Part shown: positions 49,050 to 57,946 of the stretch, piece by piece
Position numbering within the stretch: the stretch's first letter is position 1
Layout of the letters: every line of letters starts with the position of its first letter
Virus record (IMG/VR): IMGVR_UViG_3300032236_001100
Location: 20,756 to 84,755 of that record
Source: a virus
DNA length: 64,000 nt
Reading direction: 5' to 3' (one strand)
The notes under the pieces: generated by a model
The model's database searches: none
Told to the model about the DNA's origin: nothing
The model's input: the letters and a program-made list of their open reading frames with translations, nothing else
Program-made: the position numbers and the translations under genes

Positions 49050-50837
49050 TTAAAGCGTAGGCCCATCGGGCGGGTTGATTACGTCTTCGATATCAAGGCT
49101 ACGACTGGGGATTTGTGCGGCAGGCGCGCTCGGTGCCAGCAGGCTGTCAGTGCCACCCTTGTCTGCAATGCCGCCCCCACCAGGGCCGATAATGCCTGGC
49201 GAGCCTGGTGGCAGCACAATCGTGGGCATGACCGTGTGCTTGTATTCCACCCACTGGTCGATCTCGTTGCAGAAGTCTTCGTATTCTGCGTCGGTGCGAC
49301 CGGGCAGTGACAATCGCACAATCGTCTTGAGATATTCTGATTCGATGCTGGGCAGCGTACCGGCACCCATCGCCACCTGCTGCAATCGACTCATGACTTG
49401 CGTCACTTCATCAGCGGTTTGCAAGTCGAACTTGCGAGGGTACGTGACGCTGACCGTGTCTTCGTCCATGTCGCCGTGCGGCTGGATCTCGCCATTGCTC
49501 ATCACCCAGAGCGCATACTGGGCAATCAGTCGTTCTGCCGAGTTCAAGACAGCGGCCAGGCTGGAGAGCAGGTCGTTGCCTTCACGGAAGTCAAAAGCCA
49601 TCGCAGCTGCCGAGACAGCCTTGTTTGACGAGCCTGAGAGAGCCGCCTCGCGGTCGGCTTCACGCAAATTTGCCTCAATGGTCTTCTGAATGAACTCCAT
49701 GCCATCCTTCGGAAAGTTCACCGTACTCCAGTGAATGGCATTGGTGCCGTCCTTGTTACTCCAGATCGGCAGGATGCGTTCAGGCCCAACCGGGATCGTG
49801 TTGTCGCCTGCAAGGTACTTCTCTGGTCCCTGGAGCATGGGGAACGCCTGGGTTGTGTTGCCCAGGATCTGTTCCGAGGACAGGTTGTAGACTTCACGCT
49901 GGCGTTCTGCGATAGACTCGTAACGCGACTGGCCGACGTTCTTACAGCGTGGCTTCTTGCGGTCGAAGATCCGCACAATCGGTGGCCTGCCATACGAGTA
50001 GGTGCCACTGTCAAGCTCGATACCTTCGTCCGAGTACAATGTCCAGCCATCTTGACGCCAGTGCCGGTAGTTCCAGCGGAACTGCAACCGGACAAAGCTC
50101 TGCTGGATGGTCGAATCTTCATCGACCAGTTCTCGAACCAGCACTTCGCTGTATTGCCGGTTGGGAAACAGCTTCCACCACAGCACATTCTCGGGCAGGT
50201 AGTAGTTCACCACGCACTTATCAAGACCATATTGCCGCTCATCGGCCTTGGTCATGATCTGCACGTCTGGCGGTGCCTGGGGATGGTCAAACACGAGGTC
50301 CATCTGGCCAAGAACCAGGAACATGGGTGCAAACTCGTTCTGCATCCAGTGGTCGATGTTGGTGCCGCAGCCATCGACGTTCTTCCACCATTCGACGACT
50401 TGATCTGGACCCGTTCGCCCAACTTCCTGAGCGTAGATTCGACTCAGGTGCTTCTCGATAGACCTCTGCACCAGTGGTGGCACCGGCGTGCGTTCCCGTC
50501 GCAGCTCGAACGGATCGACTGCCGGTGCATCATCACGAGGATCGGGATATTCTCGCGGGTGACGAATCAGGTTGTACCGGCGTAGCTGAATCCGATAGAC
50601 GTTGGCAATAGTGCGCTCGGGGCGTGCAGCCGCCGCACCAGGCACAACACGCTGGTAGCTGAACTCATAAGGAAACTCACCATACGTGGCAAACCGATAG
50701 CGGTTGCCGCCTTCGAGCGAGTCCAGCAAAAAGTTCCAGCGATCCACATGCTCCAGGTATTCACGCGACCGTCTCTGGATGATCTCCAGGTTTCGATCGA
50801 GAACCGTATTGGCATGTGTCGGTGTATTCACTGGCAT
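49050..50837 (-). CDS. Portal protein
   Basis: LIRHPRE, W.NVDG.G..I, YPRKFDL; after terminase. Confidence 0.85.
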   Translation of the reverse strand: MPVNTPTHANTVLDRNLEIIQRRSREYLEHVDRWNFLLDSLEGGNRYRFATYGEFPYEFSYQRVVPGAAAARPERTIANVYRIQLRRYNLIRHPREYPDPRDDAPAVDPFELRRERTPVPPLVQRSIEKHLSRIYAQEVGRTGPDQVVEWWKNVDGCGTNIDHWMQNEFAPMFLVLGQMDLVFDHPQAPPDVQIMTKADERQYGLDKCVVNYYLPENVLWWKLFPNRQYSEVLVRELVDEDSTIQQSFVRLQFRWNYRHWRQDGWTLYSDEGIELDSGTYSYGRPPIVRIFDRKKPRCKNVGQSRYESIAERQREVYNLSSEQILGNTTQAFPMLQGPEKYLAGDNTIPVGPERILPIWSNKDGTNAIHWSTVNFPKDGMEFIQKTIEANLREADREAALSGSSNKAVSAAAMAFDFREGNDLLSSLAAVLNSAERLIAQYALWVMSNGEIQPHGDMDEDTVSVTYPRKFDLQTADEVTQVMSRLQQVAMGAGTLPSIESEYLKTIVRLSLPGRTDAEYEDFCNEIDQWVEYKHTVMPTIVLPPGSPGIIGPGGGGIADKGGTDSLLAPSAPAAQIPSRSLDIEDVINPPDGPTL

Positions 50838-53800
50838 TTAGAAAAGCCCCTTGAAACTTGTTCGCCGGAATTCCAGTTCCACTTTTTCTTCGTCGGGTTG
50901 AATCATCAGGTCGGTCAGGGCAAACACCATCGCGTCCATCCGGTTAGGCGACGGTCCACCTGGCTCGAAGTCGCACATCTCGGATTCGAGCTTGGGCAGT
51001 TCGCCAACGATATGGATCTTGCCCTGCTCGGCCAGCGCACCAATTGGCTCGGCTCGCACATATTTCGACCGGCTGGCATGCACCCGCTTCTGCACGATAT
51101 TCGGGTTTACAGCCAGCAGCACGTCTCGCACCATGTCGCCGCCATGATTCGATTCCCAGACCACACTATTGGCCTGATGCCGACCATACGCTTCAGCTAC
51201 TGCCCTGCCCCACGCATCAGGGGAGCCCGATGTCGAGTGATCGCCCAGGATATAGCCGTGGCCATCGGTCCCCAGGCCAGCTACCACAATTCCTGCCTCA
51301 TCACCCTTGCCAGCCTCGGTCGGCATGCCATGCACAAACTTGGCCATGTCGCCAATCTTGCCTGCCGGGTCCACGCCAACCACGACCTTCTTGATATCCA
51401 CGCCATAAGGAACCGCTCGCACACGCAGAGCATCCAGTTGCTCCTGATTCCAGAGTGCGTTTTGGTTCTGGAGCAGCACCTCGGCATGCAACTCCTGACG
51501 ACCGATGCGTGTTCCCTCATATTTGGAGACAACGCTCTCGAAGAACTTCTCTGGCAGATTGTGCCGATTGGCATACGTGGAGGCACGCGACATCACCGTG
51601 AACTTGTCGGCAATAATCGCTCTAAGCGTGGGCGTGGGCTGAGGCGTTGTCGATACTACGATCTGGGGATTAACACCAAGACGCATGCCCAGCAAAAGAT
51701 TATCCCACACCGCAGCTTGGGCCTTTGACCATTTGCAGTTGTGGGTCAGGATGCCGTTTGCAAAATACTCGTGTTCGCCTTCGACCTCGATGTTATAGAC
51801 CGGGCTTCTTTCGGGAAGCCTCTCCACGCTCACGCTTCTCGGCCCAACGCTGCCTTCACGGCAGGAGGTCAGGCTTTTCAGTGTGCTGCCCGGCTTCACA
51901 TTCGCTAGTGGAACCCATCCTTCACCCTCAACCCACACAGGATGCCCAGCAGTACCGACAATGGAACTCCCATCGTCTGCTATCAGGCGATACACAACGG
52001 CTGAATCTGTTGTTTTCCATGCCGCAACGACTGGTCGATAACCAGCACGAGTCAGCACCATGTCGCCAGGAATGACCTGAGAGATTGGCTTATCAGAATT
52101 AACGCAAGTGATTACAGTGTCAGGAGTTAGACACAGTTCGTCGCACCAAGCAAAGTGATGCTGCGGTCCGCGCAGCTGGTCGGGCTGTTCGCCTGAGTAG
52201 ATGTATGCGACCGATCCGTTGGGCCAAACGACCTCGGCTTTCGACGGGATATAGACCGGCGTGAACCAAGGTGGCGATACCGCCAGCAGACCCGACGCAC
52301 CCTCAATTTGCACACGCCGAACTTCGCTGACCGTCTCATTGACCAGAGCAATGCGTATCTGTTCGCCACGGGCAGCGTGTGACTCAACCTGATAGCGAAT
52401 CCACTCGGCAGCAGATCGGGTGTTGTGCGTTGGGATCATCGCCTTGCCAGCCAGGTACATCCTGTTGGGCGAATCTACCGAGATGCATCGCATGAGCTTC
52501 GGCTGGATACGACGAATGCCGACAATCATCCGCTGACGGATCTCCAGGGTGCGTTCCGTGAGATCCTTGAATACCCTGGCTTTACGAGGCAGCGAGAATG
52601 GGTTGAGTAGCGATGGACTCCATGTCACGCGATACTTCGGGCCGTAGTCTTTGCCATTCAGCGTTGCTCGGCCAACGCTCAGGACAGGCTTATCGCCAAG
52701 CGTGCAGACAAGTTCCTTGACGAACTCTGCCAGATGCTCATGCTTGGTGCAGAATTCCACGGTCAGACGACCGGGATCAAAGTATCCATCGCCATCACAT
52801 AGGCCACGCAGTAGTTCAAGACGCTGCTGCACGCTTGCCCTGAGATACCTGCGATCAATATGAAAGTCTCTGGCACCTAAGCTTGTCAGCAGGTCAGAAA
52901 TGCCATAAATGCGTATCCTGGTCTGGCCAGCCGCAACATTCCGTTCGCATGATTCAAACCTGTAACCGTCTTTGGCTAGGCACGACTCGACATGCTTGTC
53001 GTCGAACTCACCGTTCCAGCTGCCTGCCGTTACGTCGTGGTCTCGCTTGCTGCCATTGGCAACGTAGTAGCCCAAAGTCCAAGGCTTGACCGGCAATTCA
53101 ATCTCAGGTAGCTGGAGCGGCCTCGTGCATGGGATCGAGTGGTTGTTGTCCTGACGTTTGCCAGTAAATTGCGTGTCAACAATATCCTGCGTAACCTTGA
53201 CGGTTGGGCCTTTGGAGTTCTTGCGAACCTTGGCTTCGCCTGCCCTATAGCCACCAGCATTTCGGTGCTTGGCATAGGCCGTTCGGCAAACGCCTACCGT
53301 TGTTGATGCGGCTCGCTCAGACATGCCCGAAGCAATCAGTGACGCCATCCGCTCAATTTTGTCTCGGCTTACCCTCATGCCGTTGCCAAGCACCTGCTTG
53401 GAACGCCATTTGACCCAGTCTTCCGGGAAGTCCGAGGAATCCTCGTATTGTGATCGCAGGTAGGCTTTGCGGTCGGCATGGGTCCATGTCACCCACTGGT
53501 GATCGCTGCATGCTTCAATCGTGCTGCCATCCGAAAACTCAAGCTCGTAGGCGACTTCAGGAACCTCAAACGGTGAAATGCTTGTGACTTTGCAAGGCTT
53601 GCCTTGCTCGTCGAACACCTCGTCGCCAACACGCAGCTCGCCCATCGTTGACCAGCCGGTTGGCGTGGCAATCGGCGTTTCGACCGAAAGCAGCTTACCT
53701 GCCGAACGACCTGCCATGAGCAACCAAGCCAGCCACTCGCCAACAGGTGGTCGTTGATGGTCAAGGGCGCGTGGATGCTTCTTGCATGTCTTGGTTTCTG

Positions 53801-53933
53801 GGTTGTACTCACTGCACATGCAGGGTTTACCGTACCAGTCATAGACTGGACCCAGCTTCTTGATCGTCTCTCGCCTGCGAAGTTCGAGTTCAGCGAGAGC
53901 GCGTTGCTTATGCGTGAGTGTGTCGTCAGACAT
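50838..53933 (-). CDS. terL: Terminase large subunit with two inteins (about 475 aa after splicing)
   Basis: Split Walker A GRSAGK/T, LRGPQ, WCDE, VSTTP, GRQEL, VGVDPA, DEAGIVV, PNRMDA. Confidence 0.93.
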   Translation of the reverse strand: MSDDTLTHKQRALAELELRRRETIKKLGPVYDWYGKPCMCSEYNPETKTCKKHPRALDHQRPPVGEWLAWLLMAGRSAGKLLSVETPIATPTGWSTMGELRVGDEVFDEQGKPCKVTSISPFEVPEVAYELEFSDGSTIEACSDHQWVTWTHADRKAYLRSQYEDSSDFPEDWVKWRSKQVLGNGMRVSRDKIERMASLIASGMSERAASTTVGVCRTAYAKHRNAGGYRAGEAKVRKNSKGPTVKVTQDIVDTQFTGKRQDNNHSIPCTRPLQLPEIELPVKPWTLGYYVANGSKRDHDVTAGSWNGEFDDKHVESCLAKDGYRFESCERNVAAGQTRIRIYGISDLLTSLGARDFHIDRRYLRASVQQRLELLRGLCDGDGYFDPGRLTVEFCTKHEHLAEFVKELVCTLGDKPVLSVGRATLNGKDYGPKYRVTWSPSLLNPFSLPRKARVFKDLTERTLEIRQRMIVGIRRIQPKLMRCISVDSPNRMYLAGKAMIPTHNTRSAAEWIRYQVESHAARGEQIRIALVNETVSEVRRVQIEGASGLLAVSPPWFTPVYIPSKAEVVWPNGSVAYIYSGEQPDQLRGPQHHFAWCDELCLTPDTVITCVNSDKPISQVIPGDMVLTRAGYRPVVAAWKTTDSAVVYRLIADDGSSIVGTAGHPVWVEGEGWVPLANVKPGSTLKSLTSCREGSVGPRSVSVERLPERSPVYNIEVEGEHEYFANGILTHNCKWSKAQAAVWDNLLLGMRLGVNPQIVVSTTPQPTPTLRAIIADKFTVMSRASTYANRHNLPEKFFESVVSKYEGTRIGRQELHAEVLLQNQNALWNQEQLDALRVRAVPYGVDIKKVVVGVDPAGKIGDMAKFVHGMPTEAGKGDEAGIVVAGLGTDGHGYILGDHSTSGSPDAWGRAVAEAYGRHQANSVVWESNHGGDMVRDVLLAVNPNIVQKRVHASRSKYVRAEPIGALAEQGKIHIVGELPKLESEMCDFEPGGPSPNRMDAMVFALTDLMIQPDEEKVELEFRRTSFKGLF
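51738..52133 (-). mobile_element. Mini-intein (class 1) just after Walker B
   Basis: 132 aa, CLTPDT...GTAGHP...VYNIEV...ILTHN/C. Confidence 0.9.
52422..53693 (-). mobile_element. Class 3 intein with LAGLIDADG endonuclease, in Walker A
   Basis: 424 aa, LLSVETPIATP...IPTHN/T; HQW, RCISV, THN (W-C-T triad); LLRGLCDGDG. Confidence 0.88.
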
Positions 53934-53942
53934 TAAACTATG

Positions 53943-54443
53943 TTATTTGCGACGAATAGAAATATGCTGAATGAACTCAGTGTGGTAATCATCGCCCAAA
54001 GAAGACTTTTGCCCCATGCTGCGAAACGATCTCTTTGTGTCGATGGGAACAAAACGCGATGCAATAGATGCGTCTACGTCGCCTGGGTAATCGTATTTAT
54101 GGACTGCTATTCGCTTGGAATTGGTTTCAACAAGGTTGATCACTGCCTTGTTGAACTTTTCGTCACCCATATACTTGCCACTGTCTTTGAGTGCTTTCTT
54201 GATGTCCCTGATCTGGAAAATGCCATTTCGATTTTGATTCAGTTCTGTTCTCTCTCTTTTTGACCTGAGAAACCTGATCGCCCGAAGCACTTCATTGGCA
54301 TCGGATCGGTCTATGTTGCGGTCAGGCTGGCGTGGAGTCTTTGGCTTGGATGTGGCATTAGGATGATCGGCTGGCTTGTTTGGACGCTGGTTTGCCCTGT
54401 TGCGATTCGCAGTCGACTTGTTTCCCGATCCTCCAGATCCCAT
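53943..54443 (-). CDS. Basic hypothetical protein
   Basis: MGSGGSG start overlapping DUF4417 stop, a typical partner arrangement. Confidence 0.6.
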   Translation of the reverse strand: MGSGGSGNKSTANRNRANQRPNKPADHPNATSKPKTPRQPDRNIDRSDANEVLRAIRFLRSKRERTELNQNRNGIFQIRDIKKALKDSGKYMGDEKFNKAVINLVETNSKRIAVHKYDYPGDVDASIASRFVPIDTKRSFRSMGQKSSLGDDYHTEFIQHISIRRK

Positions 54444-55129
54444 TACTGTGGACTCCACGGCAGTTCGGGCCAGTCGGCAGTGCTGTAACGCTCAATCATT
54501 TCCAGTCGCTTGGTCTCAAACATCTCGTCGCGGTTTCGCCAGCTAGTTCGAGCTTTGCTCCAGTACCAGCCGTTCGACTCGCTATAGGTCTTGATCTCGC
54601 GGCCACCACCAAACACCAGAAACATGTCAGGAGTGCGACCACAGCGTTGGAGGGCGATCTTGTAGGATCGGTCCAGATCAGCCGTGGTTGTATCGGCGTG
54701 GCAGCGTGTGGCGTAGGAAGGCCAGCCTTGCGGAACGCCCCAGAGGCCGACTCCTGTCTCCAGAAGCCAGCGCGAGACATTCAGGTCCACCACGAGCTTC
54801 ACGCCCTTGGATGCCCACCATCTGGCGATCTTGCGCTTGCGATAGATGCACCAGAGAGCCTCGATCCTCGGCTGTTCGTCCCAGGTCGAGAAGTTTGGCT
54901 CGACCGTCACGGCGATCTCGTGATGGATCAGCTTCTCGGGATGCTTCTGGATGGCCGAGAAGATGAAGTCCCAGGCGTAGAAGTGTGTCGCTCGGCCTGG
55001 GTAAACGGCACCCGTCTTGTTCTCGCCCCATTTGATCCACGGCAGGATCACGTCACTGGGCTTTGCCGCTGACGCGATGTCAAGGGTGGGAAAGTCCCAA
55101 TGATCGGCTGTGGCGAGCATGTCTTGCAT
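54443..55129 (-). CDS. DUF4417-family protein
   Basis: HFYAWDF.F, EPNFSTW, WCIYRKR.IARWW...G. Confidence 0.75.
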   Translation of the reverse strand: MQDMLATADHWDFPTLDIASAAKPSDVILPWIKWGENKTGAVYPGRATHFYAWDFIFSAIQKHPEKLIHHEIAVTVEPNFSTWDEQPRIEALWCIYRKRKIARWWASKGVKLVVDLNVSRWLLETGVGLWGVPQGWPSYATRCHADTTTADLDRSYKIALQRCGRTPDMFLVFGGGREIKTYSESNGWYWSKARTSWRNRDEMFETKRLEMIERYSTADWPELPWSPQ

Positions 55130-55133
55130 AAAA

Positions 55134-55227
55134 AGCAGTGGCGGGACTCGAACCCGCATGAACCCAACCTAGTCGATTGTCACCGGCCAGGACGTGTCGC
55201 CGTTGTCACATTACGGGCCACACTGCT
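55134..55227 (-). ncRNA. tRNA-like RNA with non-canonical extended anticodon arm
   Basis: 7-bp acceptor AGCAGTG/CACTGCT, perfect T-arm GCGGG-TTCGAGT-CCCGC; no canonical anticodon loop; no CCA. Confidence 0.65.
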
Positions 55228-55305
55228 GAGAACCCCTCAAAGTGTGCGTAGTCAGGACAACCAGAGGCATGAGGGGTGTTGAGCGTCCATGCTCCGAGGT
55301 GTGTA

Positions 55306-55803
55306 TCAGGCCGATGCGGAATCGGTTGCCACTGGCGACTTACGCTTTCGCACGTAAGTCATGACATATCCATCCTGATCGGGATCTTGAAAGTAATTGC
55401 GGATCACCTGAATGGCCTGAAACCCGGTCGCTCGAAAGAACAGCTGGGCGTGCAGATTGCTTTCAGGGACCGTGAGCAGCAGTTTGCGTCTGTTGCCAAA
55501 CGCCTTGAGCCTGGCTGTCATCCAGTTCATCAGGCAACGGCCAATCCCCAGGCGTTGGTATCGCGGGTCCACGGCAATATTGTCGATGCGTGGGTGCGTC
55601 TTGTGGATCGAGTAGAACATGTGGGCGACCACATGCCCTTCCAGTTCTGCGACAACGCCATGCCTGTCTGCGGCTCGCATCGCCTCATAGATAAACGACT
55701 CACTCCACGGATCGTGGAAGCAAGCGTTCTCGATCTCAAGCACCGATGGAACGTCCCTGGTTTCCATCCATCGGATCGTGATCTCGTTTTGAGGGATGCC
55801 CAT
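55306..55803 (-). CDS. rimI: RimI-like GNAT acetyltransferase
   Basis: IRWM..RD..SVLEIE..CF..PWS, NIAVDP.YQRLGIG, V.ESNL.AQLFF...GF. Confidence 0.85.
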   Translation of the reverse strand: MGIPQNEITIRWMETRDVPSVLEIENACFHDPWSESFIYEAMRAADRHGVVAELEGHVVAHMFYSIHKTHPRIDNIAVDPRYQRLGIGRCLMNWMTARLKAFGNRRKLLLTVPESNLHAQLFFRATGFQAIQVIRNYFQDPDQDGYVMTYVRKRKSPVATDSASA

Positions 55804-55807
55804 CAGG

Positions 55808-56122
55808 TCAGTTTCCTGGGGTGATAACCGAAGGCGCATCGGGCAGAACCGACACGAGCTTGTCGATGCTCTCTTGGAGCTTGTCCAACTCGTCCTGAGT
55901 GGGTGCTTCGGCCAGCTGGGCCTTCAGGGCAGCGATGTCGCCTTGCAGGCCAGCAATGTGGGCGATCAGCTTCTCTTGGACGATGGCAAGTTGAGCAATC
56001 TTGTCGGGCAGCTTGGACACGGGGATCTCCTGTTGTGTGACTGATGCCAGGAAAACGGCAGTAAGAAAAAAAATAGCGAAGATTGAAATAAGGGTGACGA
56101 TAACGCTCACTGCATTTCTCAT
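55808..56122 (-). CDS. Membrane-anchored coiled-coil protein
   Basis: N-terminal TM helix then heptads. Confidence 0.55.
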   Translation of the reverse strand: MRNAVSVIVTLISIFAIFFLTAVFLASVTQQEIPVSKLPDKIAQLAIVQEKLIAHIAGLQGDIAALKAQLAEAPTQDELDKLQESIDKLVSVLPDAPSVITPGN

Positions 56123-56136
56123 GTCTGGACTCAGGA

Positions 56137-56152
56137 GTCTCCGCGCGGAGAC
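56137..56152. repeat. 16-bp palindrome, copy 4
   Basis: Exact; 1 bp after the bfr-like stop. Confidence 0.95.
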
Positions 56153-56153
56153 A

Positions 56154-56618
56154 TCAGACGAGGTTGGCCAGGTAGTTCTGGAGGCTGATATCTTTGATGA
56201 TCTTCTGGATTGCCGTGATTTCGCGCACGGAGTCTTCGCTGCCACGCAGGTTCTTGGCAAACAGCTTGGCCGTCAGTTCGTCACCGGCATCACGGCTGGT
56301 CGTAACAGCCTCACGCTCGAACTCCGCAGCAGTAGACTCAAGACCAAGGTTCGCTTCCAAGATCCCTGGATAGTCATCACGAGGCCATTCGGGCGCATCA
56401 TGCTCATAATCGGGCGCAGTATCGTAGAATTCCAGGCGAGCCATGAGGCGAGACAAATGGACCCGCTCTTCTTCTACGTCAGCCGCAGCACGCTCGGCCA
56501 GCTTGGAGTAACCCAGCCGCTCAAAATGCTCTTTCTGGCCGGTGTATGTCTCGATGGCCAGCAAATGCATGCCGACCGAACCTTGCAACGCCTCGATAAC
56601 CTTCTTGTCGGCTTTCAC
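56154..56618 (-). CDS. Bacterioferritin-like protein
   Basis: MKADKKVIEAL, AIETY, GYSKLAE, EERVH..RL..RLEF; 154 aa. Confidence 0.8.
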   Translation of the reverse strand: MKADKKVIEALQGSVGMHLLAIETYTGQKEHFERLGYSKLAERAAADVEEERVHLSRLMARLEFYDTAPDYEHDAPEWPRDDYPGILEANLGLESTAAEFEREAVTTSRDAGDELTAKLFAKNLRGSEDSVREITAIQKIIKDISLQNYLANLV

Positions 56619-56634
56619 TTGTGCTGTGCCCTTC

Positions 56635-57300
56635 TTAACTGGCGAGATCCGGCCTTGCGACCGATGTCATGTGGCTGTTGATCCACGATTGCTGCGTTTG
56701 CATGCCTGCGTAATGAAGCACGAAGCAATCCTTCGTCCAGTGCTTCTCAGGATACTCGCCAATGTATGCGTTGAGTGTTTTGCAGTCGCTACGCAGTCCG
56801 ATATGGCTTTGGATCTCAGCGTTGCGTTCCCAGATGCGAATCAAAGCCATATTTTCCCACCACGGGTGATTCACGAGGTCGCGTTGCACGTCGGCTTCCG
56901 TGAACCACCTGTGAACAATACTCGACCGACTACGAACGAGCATCTGGCCACTGTTCTTGTTGCCTGCGGAGTCGATCCACCAGGCTCCATGCACGCCAGG
57001 ATCGCAAAACACGTCCGAAACAATGCTAGAAAGCGAGATTTCAGGGTTAGTGATGATTGAATCAGCGTCAGAAAGCCACAGGAAGTCGAACTCAGGAAGG
57101 TCGAGATGTGCCAGCCAGAACCCAATCTTTGACCAGGCGACTGGCCGAGTGGGGTCATGGAACCCAGATCCACCGACGATATGAGAATGGCCCCATCGGT
57201 ATGCGTACTGATCCTTGGAACGCATGCCGGGGGCCATCAGTCGCGTGTAATCCTTGCCGATACTCAGCGTCAGGATGGCAATCCGTGGCGAGTTGCTCAC
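56635..57300 (-). CDS. GT34/MNN10-like glycosyltransferase
   Basis: K..YA.RWG, RPVAWSKI, WLSDADSIITN, NSG, WWENMAL, FVLHYAG. Confidence 0.8.
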   Translation of the reverse strand: MSNSPRIAILTLSIGKDYTRLMAPGMRSKDQYAYRWGHSHIVGGSGFHDPTRPVAWSKIGFWLAHLDLPEFDFLWLSDADSIITNPEISLSSIVSDVFCDPGVHGAWWIDSAGNKNSGQMLVRSRSSIVHRWFTEADVQRDLVNHPWWENMALIRIWERNAEIQSHIGLRSDCKTLNAYIGEYPEKHWTKDCFVLHYAGMQTQQSWINSHMTSVARPDLAS

Positions 57301-57794
57301 TTCGGTTTGGTCTTCTTGTTGTCTTTGGTTGTTGGCACCTGCACACACTGAATTTCAGCATTGTGCGGACAGACTTCCGGCTTGCCCAGCTTGGAGACCA
57401 TGTCCACCAACTGCTGGTCCTTGAGCTTCACAGCATCGCTCAAAGATGTAATCTGCTCCTTCAGGCTCTCTCGCTCGGCTTCTGCTCTTGCCCTAGCTTC
57501 AGAGGCAGCGGAAGTCGCCGTGTCGAGCTTGCCGTGCAGAGATAGCACCTGTTCGGCCACATACTCGCGTTGGGCAGCTTCGTCCTTGAGTCGTTCATCA
57601 CGATCCTGCTGGACCTTTTTCTGGCGAAGAGCCAAAAGCGTGGTCCCTACAGAAATAATACCGAGATTCAATACCGTGATCGTTTCGCCCAGTGTAGACG
57701 GCAGATACGATGCAAATAATTGCGATGTTGCTGCGCTGGCATACATGGCATAGCCATAACTGCCAAGCGATGAATGCTCAACGTGCAGAGACAT
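57297..57794 (-). CDS. Membrane coiled-coil protein (holin-like candidate)
   Basis: Hydrophobic segment then long coiled coil. Confidence 0.45.
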   Translation of the reverse strand: MSLHVEHSSLGSYGYAMYASAATSQLFASYLPSTLGETITVLNLGIISVGTTLLALRQKKVQQDRDERLKDEAAQREYVAEQVLSLHGKLDTATSAASEARARAEAERESLKEQITSLSDAVKLKDQQLVDMVSKLGKPEVCPHNAEIQCVQVPTTKDNKKTKPK

Positions 57795-57946
57795 GAGTCC
57801 ATCTCCATTTCATTCGGGCAAATGGCCCGAAAATATGATTTCCATATAAGATGGCTGCGTCACCGTTGACGCCTTTTTACTCAAATCGTCGCAAGTTGCC
57901 ACTGCGAGGCGAGTTAAAAAATGTGGATTTTCGCGCCGAGGTCGAT

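Noticed and set aside
50748-51728. Long antisense ORFs (also 7902..8801, 49731..50585, 34302..34997)
   Set aside because: Shadows of well-supported minus-strand genes in GC-rich coding DNA.
53943-54443. Small terminase call for the gene upstream of terL
   Set aside because: Position fits but no recognisable TerS motif; it looks like the usual DUF4417 partner.
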